Assembly: GCA_022813965.1 (NCBI GenBank)
Contig: JALDZS010000078.1
Coordinates: 1 to 64,000 of the forward strand
Length of the DNA stretch: 64,000 bases
Direction: 5' to 3'
Source of the DNA: Toensbergia leucococca
Lineage: Eukaryota
The translations under genes were made by a program, and so were the position numbers. This document shows positions 15,725 through 27,142 of the stretch, one piece after another (positions within the stretch are counted from its first letter, which is position 1; each line of letters begins with the position of its first letter). The notes under the pieces are model-generated. The model was given only the letters and a program-made list of their open reading frames with translations, did no database searches and was not told the DNA's origin.

Positions 15725-18393
15725 TCAAGGGACATCTGTAGCTTTGATTTCCTCGTCGGTATACTCGGTCCGCCGTTCCTCAAACAGGGACCGCAATCTA
15801 TATTTCAATGACTGACAAAAACTCTTCAGCCCTGACTTAGCAGCTTCTCTTTTTTGCACAGGAATCCGCTTTTCTTTCTCGCCCTGGTTACGTCTAGTCT
15901 CACCCTCATGATGCGCAGCAGCTCTTCTCAATCCCATTTTCCCAGCTAGCCAGATGATAGAGTATACAGGGAGCCACCAAGCGGTTGGAGCCATCCTGTC
16001 CCGCTTCGGCTGAAAGCGCTCGAAATCTTTCGCCGTAGTCTTCCATGACGAGACGTAGTCGTGTTTCATGTGCCTCAGAGTTTTCCGCTTGTATGAATCG
16101 TATCCACGCCGCCCTGTTTTGACAATGCTGTTCAGGTTGAAAACAACGAGGTAGGTTGCGAAGGCTACGATTACCGTGACGTAGACGAGTTTGTTTGTTC
16201 CGAAAACTTCATTGATGCTCCAAAGGGACTAAAGCCTATCAATATCTGTCCATACATGATGGAGAATTTAGAGGAACGTACCGTACAGAAGGCTAGAGGA
16301 AGGTAGAAGATGCTCACGTAGGTGAGTAATCTGACGTTCTCACCTAGTTGTGTTGCTGCTCGGCTCTCAATGACGCCACTTGCGCTGAAAAGCTGAGAGA
16401 TTCCGGTGATTCAGCATGAGTATGTAAAAATGCATGGAGACACTCACGGCAGCCCTCAATGCCTGGGTCCTGGTGCGCATGATCCTAAAACGCTGCTCCG
16501 TCGCATTCAATCTGTCGAGTACAGCCTCGATATTCGCAAGATATTTGTCGAGATCCAGGCCTTGAGGATTATCATTAGTGTACGGTCCCATCCTTCGAAC
16601 TTTATCTGGATATCTTCTGCAATCCTCGGCTAGCGGATCAATGCAAGTTCTTCGATAGTCTTTCCATTGCGCGATCGTCTCCTGTAAGTTAGCTTCAAAG
16701 GTTTCCAGCGCGGTGATAGCCCAGAAATAACGTCGAGACCTAGAAAAGGTCTCGTCGTCAAACAATAAATTATCATGCTTGTCCGGGGAGAGAAGCATAT
16801 CTCCATCGTCGAGAATCTGTTCCATGTGGTCTAGGATGGTCTGCCACTCTTTTTTGATATCCAAAAATATATAGAAGATGAGACTCAGCATGTGAGCTTG
16901 CATACTTGATTGCCATTGAGGAAGTGTACACCGAGAATGAAACCCAGATGGAGTTAGTAGTACAATTGTATAGTGCGGAATCAGACGCTGGCTAGAACCT
17001 GGATCACCATCCTCGAGGAATCCCGCATCAGGGATTGCTAAAATCTATTTGACGTACTCAGCCCAGCTTCCAAACATAGTTCACGGACAACTTACGGTAT
17101 AAGACCGTTGCGCGAGCCATCTTGAGTCCTGGCCGCCATCGTACAGAGGACCGCATTTCCATAGATCTCTAGCGTTGAGCTTTGTATCGGAATCGGAATT
17201 CCCGAAAACGGAATATCCAATCACATGAAAGATGGTTTCCCTCACTCGGTAGTGATCTCCTTCTTTGAGCCTTCCACATTCGAGGTGCAAGGTCATGGCG
17301 GCATGGACAGGCCCACCTTTCGCAAATACAGGACAGACGTCGTAGTCCTCTTCATTTTCGCGTTGGGAAAATGCCCATTCAGATAAACCTTCGCACAAGC
17401 TAGGTAGACGTTAAGAGTCAACAGAGACCAACAGTGATTGGTGTTGGGAATTTACATCAATCTCGACCACGGCGCCGTTGAATGCCCTGGCGGCTTCGGC
17501 CATGGAATCTTGGGCATATCCCCGTAGACATCGCGAGAATTAAACATGTATCGGTGAATACCATGCTGGAAGTTGGAGTCGTATATACTGATAGAGGGTT
17601 CCACATATTTTTGATCAAAACTCCAAATGAATTCAATACTTCGTTGCAAAAGTGACTTCAGCATGGGCACGGGGAAATCAACCTCGGAATTCCAGGCAAG
17701 CTTCAACCGACCGTCTGCTGGAACATGACGAAAGCAACCGAGCTGGGCTGGAAATGCTTCCAATTCTTTCTGATATCTGGACACATCATTTGGCCTTTCG
17801 ACCTGGTCCGCGAGAGATACAAAGCCGGAGAGAGCGGAATAGGCTATGGTCTTTCCATGGCCTAGATCCTCGTCAGGCTTGATGGACGACCTTCTTCGCG
17901 TTCTGTGAGGCGGGAAATGACTGATTATATCTGGCATGTGAAGGATCTGTGGATAAACATTGGACGTTTCGCTTTCCTCCCCAATCGGTAGTGTGGCGGA
18001 GGACCAGAGACCGATAGGATCAATAGAGGTTTGGTCATGGAGCATGTCAGGCTCATAGCCAGGCTGAACTAGTGCGAGGGGCGTAGTGCTTTTGTTGCTA
18101 AATATTTCGGGGACTTTTACATCTTCAACTCTAGCATAAGTTGTCCTCTCTCCACTGCCTGATTGGATTATGCTGTCATCCTTTGCGAGTCCAGTGTCCG
18201 GCACCAAACTAGCCTGGGCATTCGTGAACTGCCAATTCTGCTGTATCAAGGCAGGGCCCGACCCATTTTCCAGTCTTGCAAGTCGTTCATTCTGCTCGGC
18301 CAGCCTTGCACTGATTTCTTTCAGCAATTCGAGGACTGCTCCATCGTTTGTCATAGTATTTGAGGCCACCATATCGGCCGACAAGGCAGCCAT
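15725..18393 (-). CDS. Fungal CorA-like (Mg2+ transporter-type C-terminal domain) membrane protein, multi-exon
   Basis: LLFDDETFSRSRRYFWAI, a coiled coil, then LFSASGVIESRAATQLGENVRLLTYVSIFYLPLAFCT-SLWSI and a second TM helix (LVYVTVIVAFATYLVVFNL). Internal exon boundaries are approximate. Confidence 0.75.
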
Positions 18394-18701
18394 AACAGGC
18401 TTGACATGTTCGAATGTCTATGTCCAAGCATCTTCAAACTGATGAGGCTGAGCAGATGGCCAAGAGACTAAGAGATCGTCCTTCTGTCCACCCGATTCGG
18501 CAGTCGCGTCCGTTCCACGATAGTTCCATCACCCACATGTCTGAATCAATCTCTTCAACAATTTCCCAGCGCTGAGAAGATGCGCAAGCGTAGTCGGAGA
18601 AGCGGATTGTATTAGTTCATGGATGTGTGTGATGCTCGATTGTCTTATCCGTCTCCTGTTACGCTCGGGAGGCCCGCATTAGAACACCTATTCTATTCTA
18701 A

Positions 18702-18707
18702 CCTCGG
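18702..18707 (-). promoter_or_regulatory. Candidate FarA/FarB site (CCTCGG) upstream of the peroxisomal thioesterase
   Basis: CCTCGG about 185 bp upstream of ATG 18890, in front of a beta-oxidation auxiliary gene. Confidence 0.4.
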
Positions 18708-18889
18708 CAACTCTTTGCGCCTAAAAGGGAGCGAGGGAGCATCGCCATCGTTTCGTCACCCATCTTGCGCCATGTAGATACTACCTTTGCTGATCGTTCG
18801 AAAGAATCTTTCATTGCTTGCGTCTTCCTACATAAGCGCACAATAATATGCTTCTCTACTCACCCACTCCTTGACTCGACCTTCCTCCA

Positions 18890-20246
18890 ATGCCTCCTAC
18901 CCTTATCAAACCGCCTCCCCTCGACCCCACCAAGTCTGCGATTGAAAACGTCCTAGAACTCACTACTCTCTTAGACATCGGTCCAGTAACCTTCTCGCAT
19001 CTCCAGTCTTTCAGACAATCCACTGATAATTGTCCCTTGACTTAGGACATCTACAGCAATGCAAGACCATTATGGTACGTCATATCCAAATAGCCTCCAA
19101 GCCCCCATTGATAAGAATCCAGGCATCCTCCCGGTGCCCGTGGCATATTCGGCGGTGCCGCCATTGCCCAATCCCTCGCTGCCGCCCAACTCACCATAGA
19201 ATCTCCATCACCGGCGAATAACAACGCTACCTTCCTCATCCACAGTATGCACTGCTATTTCGTGTTAGCAGGTGACGCATCCATCCCAATTCTCTACCAT
19301 GTCGAAAGGGTGCGGGAGGGTAAAAGCTTCAAAACACGAACAGTGCAGGCGAGACAACGGGGCAAGTGCATTTTCACAACGACGTTGAGTTTTATGCGTG
19401 AAACGAGTGGGGGCAAGAAGACAATAGACCATGAGCACCCCATACCAGAGAATGCCATAGAAGCACTAAAGGAAATACTTAAAGAGGAGGAGAGAAAAGA
19501 GGTGGAGGACAAAGAAGCTGCCGCAAATGGAGTAGAAAACGAGGGTCCCTTCCTGGCCAAAAGACTGGGCATACTGAACAGTATGCACATCCCAACCATA
19601 TATTCAAGCGCTAAGCTGACACCACCAAACCACTTCAGAATCGTCCCCCAAAATTTACACCAAAAAAACACATCAATGGCTCAAAGCTCGTGGTCACATC
19701 TCCCCCGCAGGCAACACCCAAGCTCACCTCTCTGCCCTAGCCTACATGTCCGACAGCTACTTCATTGGTACCGTCCCGCGTGTGCACGATCTCACACGCC
19801 TCACCACTGCCTCCCCCTTCTCCAACGCCAAAATCCTAGGATCAGTTGCCGAGATGGAAGCCAACGGCAAAGACCAAGCCATTCGCGATGAACAACTTAG
19901 ACGTAAGGAGCAGAGTGACGAGGAGGAGAAGAAGAAGCCGCGGATTAGTATGATGGTGAGTTTGGACCACACGATTTATTTCCATCGGCCAAGGGAGATC
20001 AAGGCCGATGAGTGGTTGTTTACGGAGATGGAGAGCCCGTGGACGGGGGAGGGGAGAGGGTTGGTGTTCCAGAAGATTTGGAGTAAAGAGGGGAGGTTGG
20101 TGGCCAGTTGTGTGCAGGAGGTGAGTTGGATGCTTTGGTGTTTGCGGATTGGGGAGCAGAGCTAATAATTTCCTGGTTGGTAGGGACTAGTGAGGCTCAG
20201 GCAAGACGGAGATGGAGATGGAGGGGATGGAAAGAGCAAACTGTAG
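18890..20246 (+). CDS. TES1: Peroxisomal acyl-CoA thioesterase II (TesB/Pte1/ACOT8 family), PTS1 -SKL
   Basis: RPLWHPPGARGIFGGAAIAQSL, HSMHCYFVLAGD...YHVERVREGKSFKTRTVQARQ, HLSALAYMSDSYFIG, MMVSLDHTIYFH, GRGLVFQKIWS..GRLVASCVQEG; last exon GLVRLRQDGDGDGGDGKSKL*. Confidence 0.94.
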
Positions 20247-20292
20247 ATTCTCGGATCGTCTACCTTGATTCTCGGATCGTCTACCTTGATTC
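20246..20292. repeat. 21-bp perfect tandem duplication (about 2.2 copies) directly after the thioesterase stop codon
   Basis: GATTCTCGGATCGTCTACCTT x2 followed by GATTC. Confidence 0.9.
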
Positions 20293-20752
20293 TTACAAAG
20301 AGATGTATATATTTGGATGGGGGGTCTTTTTCGTCACTTTTTGTATATAGTCTATTTTCATTCCAAGATCTTATGTGTACTGCAAAGTCTCCTGTGGTTT
20401 CAAACTAGATGTGCTCGTTTGCTGCTTTTTGATTGGTACGAGGTCCCCATGTGGATTCATATATACCTCTTCTAGGATATGGCATACAGCACAACATTGT
20501 GAAACGCATATAATAGTGCCTCTTTTTTGAGAAAGGAAGTGTCTATTCATATGCGACAATAATTATGACTATATCACACCATGCTATCTAGTCCATCCAT
20601 CCCAAAATGCCCCAAACCCATACATGTTCCGTAAACATCAACATACACATAACGCATCGCCCCTTATACCAAACTACCCAGTCCCCTCCTCCCAACCAAA
20701 TGCCGCCCATAGAAAAAAAAGCTTACTGATCCCCACCAACCCCCTCCCTCCC

Positions 20753-22079
20753 CTACCGACTCCCCTTCCCATCCCACCCATCCGTCTCCACCCTCACAAT
20801 CCGAGGCACAACCTGCACCCCCTCAATCTCATGTCTCCGAACCTCTCTCCCTCTCTCCCTCCCCTCCATCTCAACCGCCTCCCTCCTCCGCTGCTGCTGC
20901 TGCTGCCCATCCCAACTCGCCTCTTGCTCCTCAACAAGCATATTGCGCACATAGCTCTCCCGTTCCAGCGGATGGCGCTCAGCAAGCGGCATCATCCGAT
21001 CTCGTTTCAGGTCGACAGGTACCCAAGTGTTTTGTGGCTCGTTGTTGTTGATATGGGCGTTGTGCACGACGACTGGAGGCCTGGCGCTAGCCTCTCTGCT
21101 GCGCTCGCGGGCGCGCTCGAGGGCTTCGAGGCGTGGGTTCTGTGGGGTTTCTTGCACGCGGCTGAGTTCGATGGGGGGGTTGGTCAGGGCGGCTCTTTCG
21201 GCGGGGACGCTGCCGACGCTTCTGCTTCGGCCTTCGTAGAGGGTTTGCGGCGCGGCGAGGTAGCCGCCTCTTGTTTCCCGGGTGAGTTTGAGGCTCTCCG
21301 GGAGGTCAATGCGGAAGGTGCTTTGGGATGCTTCGGGGGAGGTGCTTTTGCCGTCTTTTTGCATAAGGAGGCGGAGGAGTTGTTGGCGTTGTAGTTCGTC
21401 TTCTGGGAGAAGGTTGATGGATTCTGAGTCGGAGCGGTGGCGTTGGAGTGCGTCACGTGCGCGGACGGAGTGGATTTTGCGGAAGGTGAGGAGGGAGAGG
21501 GTGGTGTAGATTAGGGTTGAGGCTGCGGCGAGGGTGAAGGCGGAGATGGAGGCTGTGGTCCATTTTGCGGTGGTTTTATGGTGGATTGTGAGGGTGTAGA
21601 GGATATTGAAGAGGCCAAGGAGGCAGGAGGAGAGACAGGGTCTGTAGGAGGGGGATTGTTAACTTTTCCGAAAGGGGGTAATTGCGTTTTGGAAAGGTGA
21701 AGGGCGTACATGAAGAGGACGTCAAGCTGGAAGAGCCAGCTCGTGCAGATAAACCACAGGGCAACAGACAGGGAGAAGGCTAGGGCGAGGAGAATGACTG
21801 CGATTATGCTTATGGCGCCTTGGGAGACATTGAGGTTGGTAGAGTTGTTGAAGGCGGAGGGGAAGATCAGGAAGCTATGCGAACATGTCAGCTTTATATT
21901 CGACGACCAGACCAGATTTGATTGACATACCCGATCAAGATCATGAAGGAAGATAGAACTGCGGCTAGTCTCCAATACCAGGCGGTCCGGTCTCTTTCGG
22001 TGTAGAGATCTATCAGAGTGCGCCGGGGCTTCCACTTGGGTAGAGGAACCGAATTCCGTGGCGGCTTCCGGCCAAACAT
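20753..22079 (-). CDS. Fungal hypothetical 4-TM membrane protein with a disordered C-terminal tail (two introns)
   Basis: MFGRKPP...WYWRLAAVLSSFMILIG|FLIFPSAF...AVILLALAFSLSVALWF...|PCLSSCLLGLFNILY...LIYTTLSLLTFRKI...LLPEDELQRQQLLRLLMQKDGK, continuing into ORF 20753-21364. Confidence 0.8.
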
Positions 22080-23601
22080 GTCTTTAATATGGTACTGGTA
22101 AATTGATAACGACAGGACTAGAAGCAGATTCCTCGGTGGCGGTCTCCCACCTTCTAGACTCCGTGATATAGAACAAGGCCCTCAATGGAATTAGGGCTCG
22201 CGGTCCCGATCAACTATTCGCAGGGCTATCCAAGCCAATCATCGACTGAGGCTCTGAGGATGGTATCTGCATGATGTGCTGAGGATAGGCATCGGTGCAG
22301 CAGTGGAAAGATGCAAGTTTGCCTGGAGCAAAGTGGCAGCATTGGTGCATTATCCGTCGGGAGAAGGTAAGCACTTTGAATTGCTGCGACCAATGCTGAT
22401 TGGCTGCCGCTGGAGCTGAAAGCTGTGCTTCTTGCCAAGCCACCACCACTCCACCACCACCAACGGCGCCGCGCCGAAAAGAGTAAAGAGTGGATCGCGG
22501 CCATCATCACTCTCATCCGCAGATACATTTCTAGGGAACGCACGTAAGTCGGAGAAAGAGAGTCATCTTCTTAATGCTCATGTATAGAGCCATGCACCGG
22601 AATACTTCTTGGGGAGATATCAATTCCAAGGACGATAAGCTGATGATTATATGTCTTCACCTTACAAGTAACTCATCAAGACTGCCAAAGTATTTGTACC
22701 TTAACAACTTTGCCGCAATGATGAGGGAAAACTGAGATACACATCAAAGTCAACGAATCTTTCATGCTACTACCTAGGAAGTGCCTAGCGCGAGCTATTC
22801 TGAAGATGAGAAGAATGATACAAGATGGGATCGGATTTGACGTACTCGTTGCTGCGAAAGCTTGAGTCGTAACGGCTCGTTCATTTACTTACCACTGCCG
22901 GCAGCGACTACTACTATCTCGGTTGTTCTATGTACTCAGTACTCTACGAGTAAGAGGGCGAAAGGGAATCATCGTGATGTATTGTTTCACAAGAATTTCA
23001 GTTTCCACGTAATGGAACCACCCAACTACTGATTCCTTCAATCTTGGATGGCTCAGGTGTGCATGGCGCTTTTACAGCCGCCCAAAATTTCATCTGGGAA
23101 TCTACATAATGAACCTTCATCCCATCTCTTACTCCCTAGAAGTCGACGCGGTTGTTGCACCTGCTCTTTCGTCGATTGGTCAGCCTTGTCAACTCGGTCA
23201 CGCCTCGCCCTCTAGAACGTCCCACTCACCCTGTTTCCACGTCACACAAACGCCCTAGATCGCCTATCATGGCGAATCCAGACTCAGGATCGACTTATCC
23301 TTGCTTCTGCTCGTCACTAGCTGCCCCTGATATGCAGCATAGTCAAGCCAGGTGAGATTTTTTTTTTATTGGCTGACACGAGGGCGCCGCCACCTCCAGT
23401 CGAACAACTGGTCAAGGAGCCTCACAAGGATACGTTTGCCTTCATCCTTCTTGGGAGCATGTTTCTACAGAATGCGCTTCTCTCGAGGCCCACGTCGAAA
23501 GCCATTTTGTCAGCCAGGGAGCAGCTGCGAGTCATGTCAGGGGAAATCGCATCGACTTTGCACATTCTAGTACTTCGCCTACACAGAGTAACAGCAATGA
23601 G

Positions 23602-24303
23602 GTGGAGACCCCAGGGCTGTTTCACTACGACCGTACCATGTCTACTGCTTTCCCTAATGCCGACATCATCGATCCATTCGGAGCCAATGCATTTTTACTT
23701 GGCAATTTGCCAATAACAACAGTAGGCTCTGAAGAACAACCTGTGAGTTCTGCGCATGCCGCTGCAAGAGAGGCGCAGGACAAAGATATCGAGGATCCGG
23801 GCTCTCTCAGTATCGACAAAAGTCCTCTTGTGCTGGGCTCGTCAAAATCATTCGGCGCTCCGTTGACGTTATCTCCATCGAGCGGAAGGGGTGAAAAGTG
23901 CAACTGTATTAAATGCACTTTAAACTGCTTAAAAAGTCTCCATCATGGATCCCGCTGGGTCTTATGTCCCAAGCCTAATTGCTCATATCGGTCTTGGTAC
24001 TGGTATATCCATATGCACTACGGAACGCACTTCCTAAATTCTAGCCTTTGTAAATGCGATGCACTTGGTTGCAACATCGCTTGCAAACGCTGGGGCGACT
24101 TGATACGTCACTCTGCAATCCATTGCACCCTTCCCAAAAAATTCCCCTGCAAGGAACTCGGATGCAAATACAGCGGAGACAATGGCTTTACCCGTTTGGA
24201 CAAATTGAGGAGTCACCAGAAAGTCCATCAAGGGAGGGCAATTCCGCAACAACGTCCTCGAGCGATCAAACCCAGGGCACAAGATGAGGAGCGTGCTGAG
24301 TAG
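23602..24303 (+). CDS. C2H2 zinc-finger protein (three fingers); true 5' end uncertain, possibly an upstream exon from 23269
   Basis: CPKPNC...HMHYGTH; CDALGCNIACKRWGDLIRHSAIH; CKELGCKYSGDNGFTRLDKLRSHQKVH. Confidence 0.75.
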   Translation: METPGLFHYDRTMSTAFPNADIIDPFGANAFLLGNLPITTVGSEEQPVSSAHAAAREAQDKDIEDPGSLSIDKSPLVLGSSKSFGAPLTLSPSSGRGEKCNCIKCTLNCLKSLHHGSRWVLCPKPNCSYRSWYWYIHMHYGTHFLNSSLCKCDALGCNIACKRWGDLIRHSAIHCTLPKKFPCKELGCKYSGDNGFTRLDKLRSHQKVHQGRAIPQQRPRAIKPRAQDEERAE

Positions 24304-24637
24304 AGCCTCCGTGAAGGGCAGGTAGTAAGATTGGAGATCAAGGAAAGTGGGAAGATCATCAAGATCAATACGGAGGTGGGAATTTGCAAGGCCTGACTCC
24401 TTTTTTTCGTTCTCAGCATGTTGTCTGTCATTACCTTGATATGTTTCGTGATGGAGATGGCAATCGCCACAGCTTGACGAGCTATTCAATGAGACGGAGA
24501 GTCTACAATGCACGAGCACTGTACGAATTTTCTTTCTTCAAATGTCTAGTCCAGACATTCATCTATCAGAAAAAGTGTTTATGCACTGCCATTTGGCTCT
24601 TCTTCATGTACTCTCCTTCCGCCACCCAAGCACAGAA

Positions 24638-26598
24638 TCACAACTTCGCCTCCCGTCCTCCCAAACCCCTAACAGCCTCCTCAATAACCCCCATAACATC
24701 CCACAACCTCCTCTCCTGTAAACGGGGCGCAACAACCTGCACGGCCAACGGACTCCCCAAATAATCCCTCCGATCAACACTCTCCCGATCCCCTACCCGC
24801 ACCCAAAACAAAAAAAGGTCAGCCTCACTCCTTCACAAAAAGACTCTTACAATCCCCACCCCACTAGGGGAGAAAAAAACAAAAGAAACCAAACAACAAA
24901 CCAAAACAACAAAAAAAAAAAGAAAAAAACTCACACAAAGCCCTATTCCCCAAATCCCACCCCCCACCCACCTCCTCCCCAACCTCAACCCCCAAATCCC
25001 CCTCCCCCACACCCACCCCAACAGGCAAACACCCAGCCGGCCAATCCAAAAGATTAAAAGCCCCCGTATACCCCACATACCCCCACCGATCGATCCCGGG
25101 AACCGGATGCGGCGCCACAGCCAAAACCACCGCATCCAACCCACCATGACCATTACCATCCCTCCAAAACGCCCCCGCCATCGCATCCCGCAGCTCGTCT
25201 CTCCGCGCGCACAAGTCCCGGAGGGCGTCGATGCTTTGGGGCATGCCGCGCTTCATCTTGCCCTGCAGCCAGGGAATCAGGGGCTCGCCGGTGCGGTCGA
25301 GCAGGCTCCACAGATGCGCTCCACCTTCGATACCGAACAATTTGTTTGCAAGATTCTGGCACTCGCCCAATCTACCAGGCTGTACTTCCACAACCTCGAT
25401 CCCGCTCCCACGCAACCGCTCCACCACGTCCGCAAGAACCCGCTTCACAGGCGGCAAAGGCACTACAACTCCGTCATCCCACAGAACCCCTATCCTTGGC
25501 CTCCTCCCCGCCAACCCCTCCTCCGCGCTCCACCACCTACCGGGCAAAACCCCAGCATCCACCTCCCACGCCCTGGCCTCCTCCACACACTCCAGAAAAG
25601 TCCCCACATCCTCCACCCCCCTCGCCAAAACCCCCGCACAGCTCTCCACCCCCACCGCCCCATTAGCCGGCAACCTCCCCGTCTGGCAACCCTTATTCGG
25701 CACCCTGCCGACACTCGGCTTGAAGCCCACCACCCCGTTCACAGAAGCCGGAATCCGCACACTACCACCCACATCCGTCCCAACCCCAAACACACAACCC
25801 CTCATCGCCACCAGCACCCCTTCCCCCCCACTACTACCACCCGCAGTCCACTTTCCCCTCCCACCCGGATTCAGCGTCCGCCCGAAGACGAAATTGACAC
25901 TATCCAGCGCCATCATCGTCTGCGGGACATTCGTCTTACAATGGATCACCGCCCCCGCTTCCAGCAGCAAGGTAGCGATATTAGCGGAAGTGGTGGCGGG
26001 TTGGAATGCCAAGGCTGCGATGCCGACGCTGGAGTCTGTGCCGGTGATGTTGAAGGTGTCTTTTAGGGAGATGGGGAGGCCGTGGAGGGGGCCGAGGGGC
26101 GTGCCGGTGCGCAGGAGGTGGGCGTCTAGGAAGCTGGCGCGGCGGAGGGCGGAGGCGAAGAGGGGTTCCGTTAGGCAGGAGGTTAGCTGGTGGGATATTG
26201 TTGCGCGCTGTTATTTGAGGGGGGTTGTTAGCTTTGGGGGCTCCCCGGGGGCGACAGCGCATTGAGAGAGAGAGAGAGGTCTTTCTTGTCAGGGGTTGGA
26301 ATACTATCTAGAGGAGTGGGGGCACAACCTTACAAAACGCCGTCGTGACTTCCACAGCCGTATACTCCCTCTCCGCCATCGCGGCCGCAAGCACCCTCGC
26401 ACTGTAGCCTTCCGTGATGCGGATTTCGCGCGGCGTCAGGATGCCGCATGTGGAGGGAATGTGGAGAATGTTTTCGAGGGAGGGGCTCGGGAGTTGGGAG
26501 GTGGGGATTTGCCATTCTTTGGGGAGGAGGGCGGCAAGGGAGGCAAGCTTTTGGGCGCTGATGGTTTGGTATGCGGGGGTGGCGGGTGGAGTGGACAT
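24638..26598 (-). CDS. Amidase-signature family enzyme (general/fatty-acid amidase-like), PTS1 -AKL
   Basis: GPLHGLPISLKD (catalytic Lys), KTNVPQTMM, GGSSGGEG, GTDVGGSVRIPA (Ser-cisSer). Introns at about 26329-26208 and 24935-24793; last exon WDRESVDRRDYLGSPLAVQVVAPRLQERRL...GGREAKL*. Confidence 0.92.
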
Positions 26599-27142
26599 TT
26601 GGTGAGTTGTTATATCAGTGGAAGGGGGATGGGGTGAGGAGTCTTTTTTTTGGTGGTGGATGAGTTGGTTGGTGTTAGGATACGATATGGTGAAAGTTTT
26701 GGATTCTGTTGATGCTCTTTGGTTTGGTCAAAGTCCCTATTTTTCATCTTTCTTTTTCTCTGGTTGGTAAGGGGGTGGAAAGTGTGGGGTAATTTTGCTT
26801 TTTGTGCGGGATGATGATGATGATGATGTTGATGATGCGGGGTGAATCAATAGACGAAATGAGGGAGGCGGGAAACATTCAATTATAAATTCAGAGACTC
26901 GCAAATAAGCTCATTTGTACATGAATTTCTTCGAATGTTCTAAAACATTCGGCCTTGCAAAGAGCGCTTTACTTTTATGGTTTCGTTTCTATTCAAAAGT
27001 AAGGACGAGAGATGAAAGAGGAACTCATACGGCTTTTCCTGATCACCTCCCCTTCCCGGAATGGGAGAAGACGGATGCTGGTTTCTACATAATCTTATAT
27101 TAGCCCTATCCCCACCCACCCATCAATTGCGGCAATTTGGGT

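Noticed and set aside
20624..21394. 256-aa plus-strand ORF
   Set aside because: Antisense to the membrane-protein gene; its composition simply mirrors the C-to-G skew switch.
25107..26265. Long plus-strand ORFs (319 and 344 aa) opposite the amidase
   Set aside because: Antisense shadows of a GC-rich, strongly skewed coding region; low-complexity P/T/H content with no motifs.
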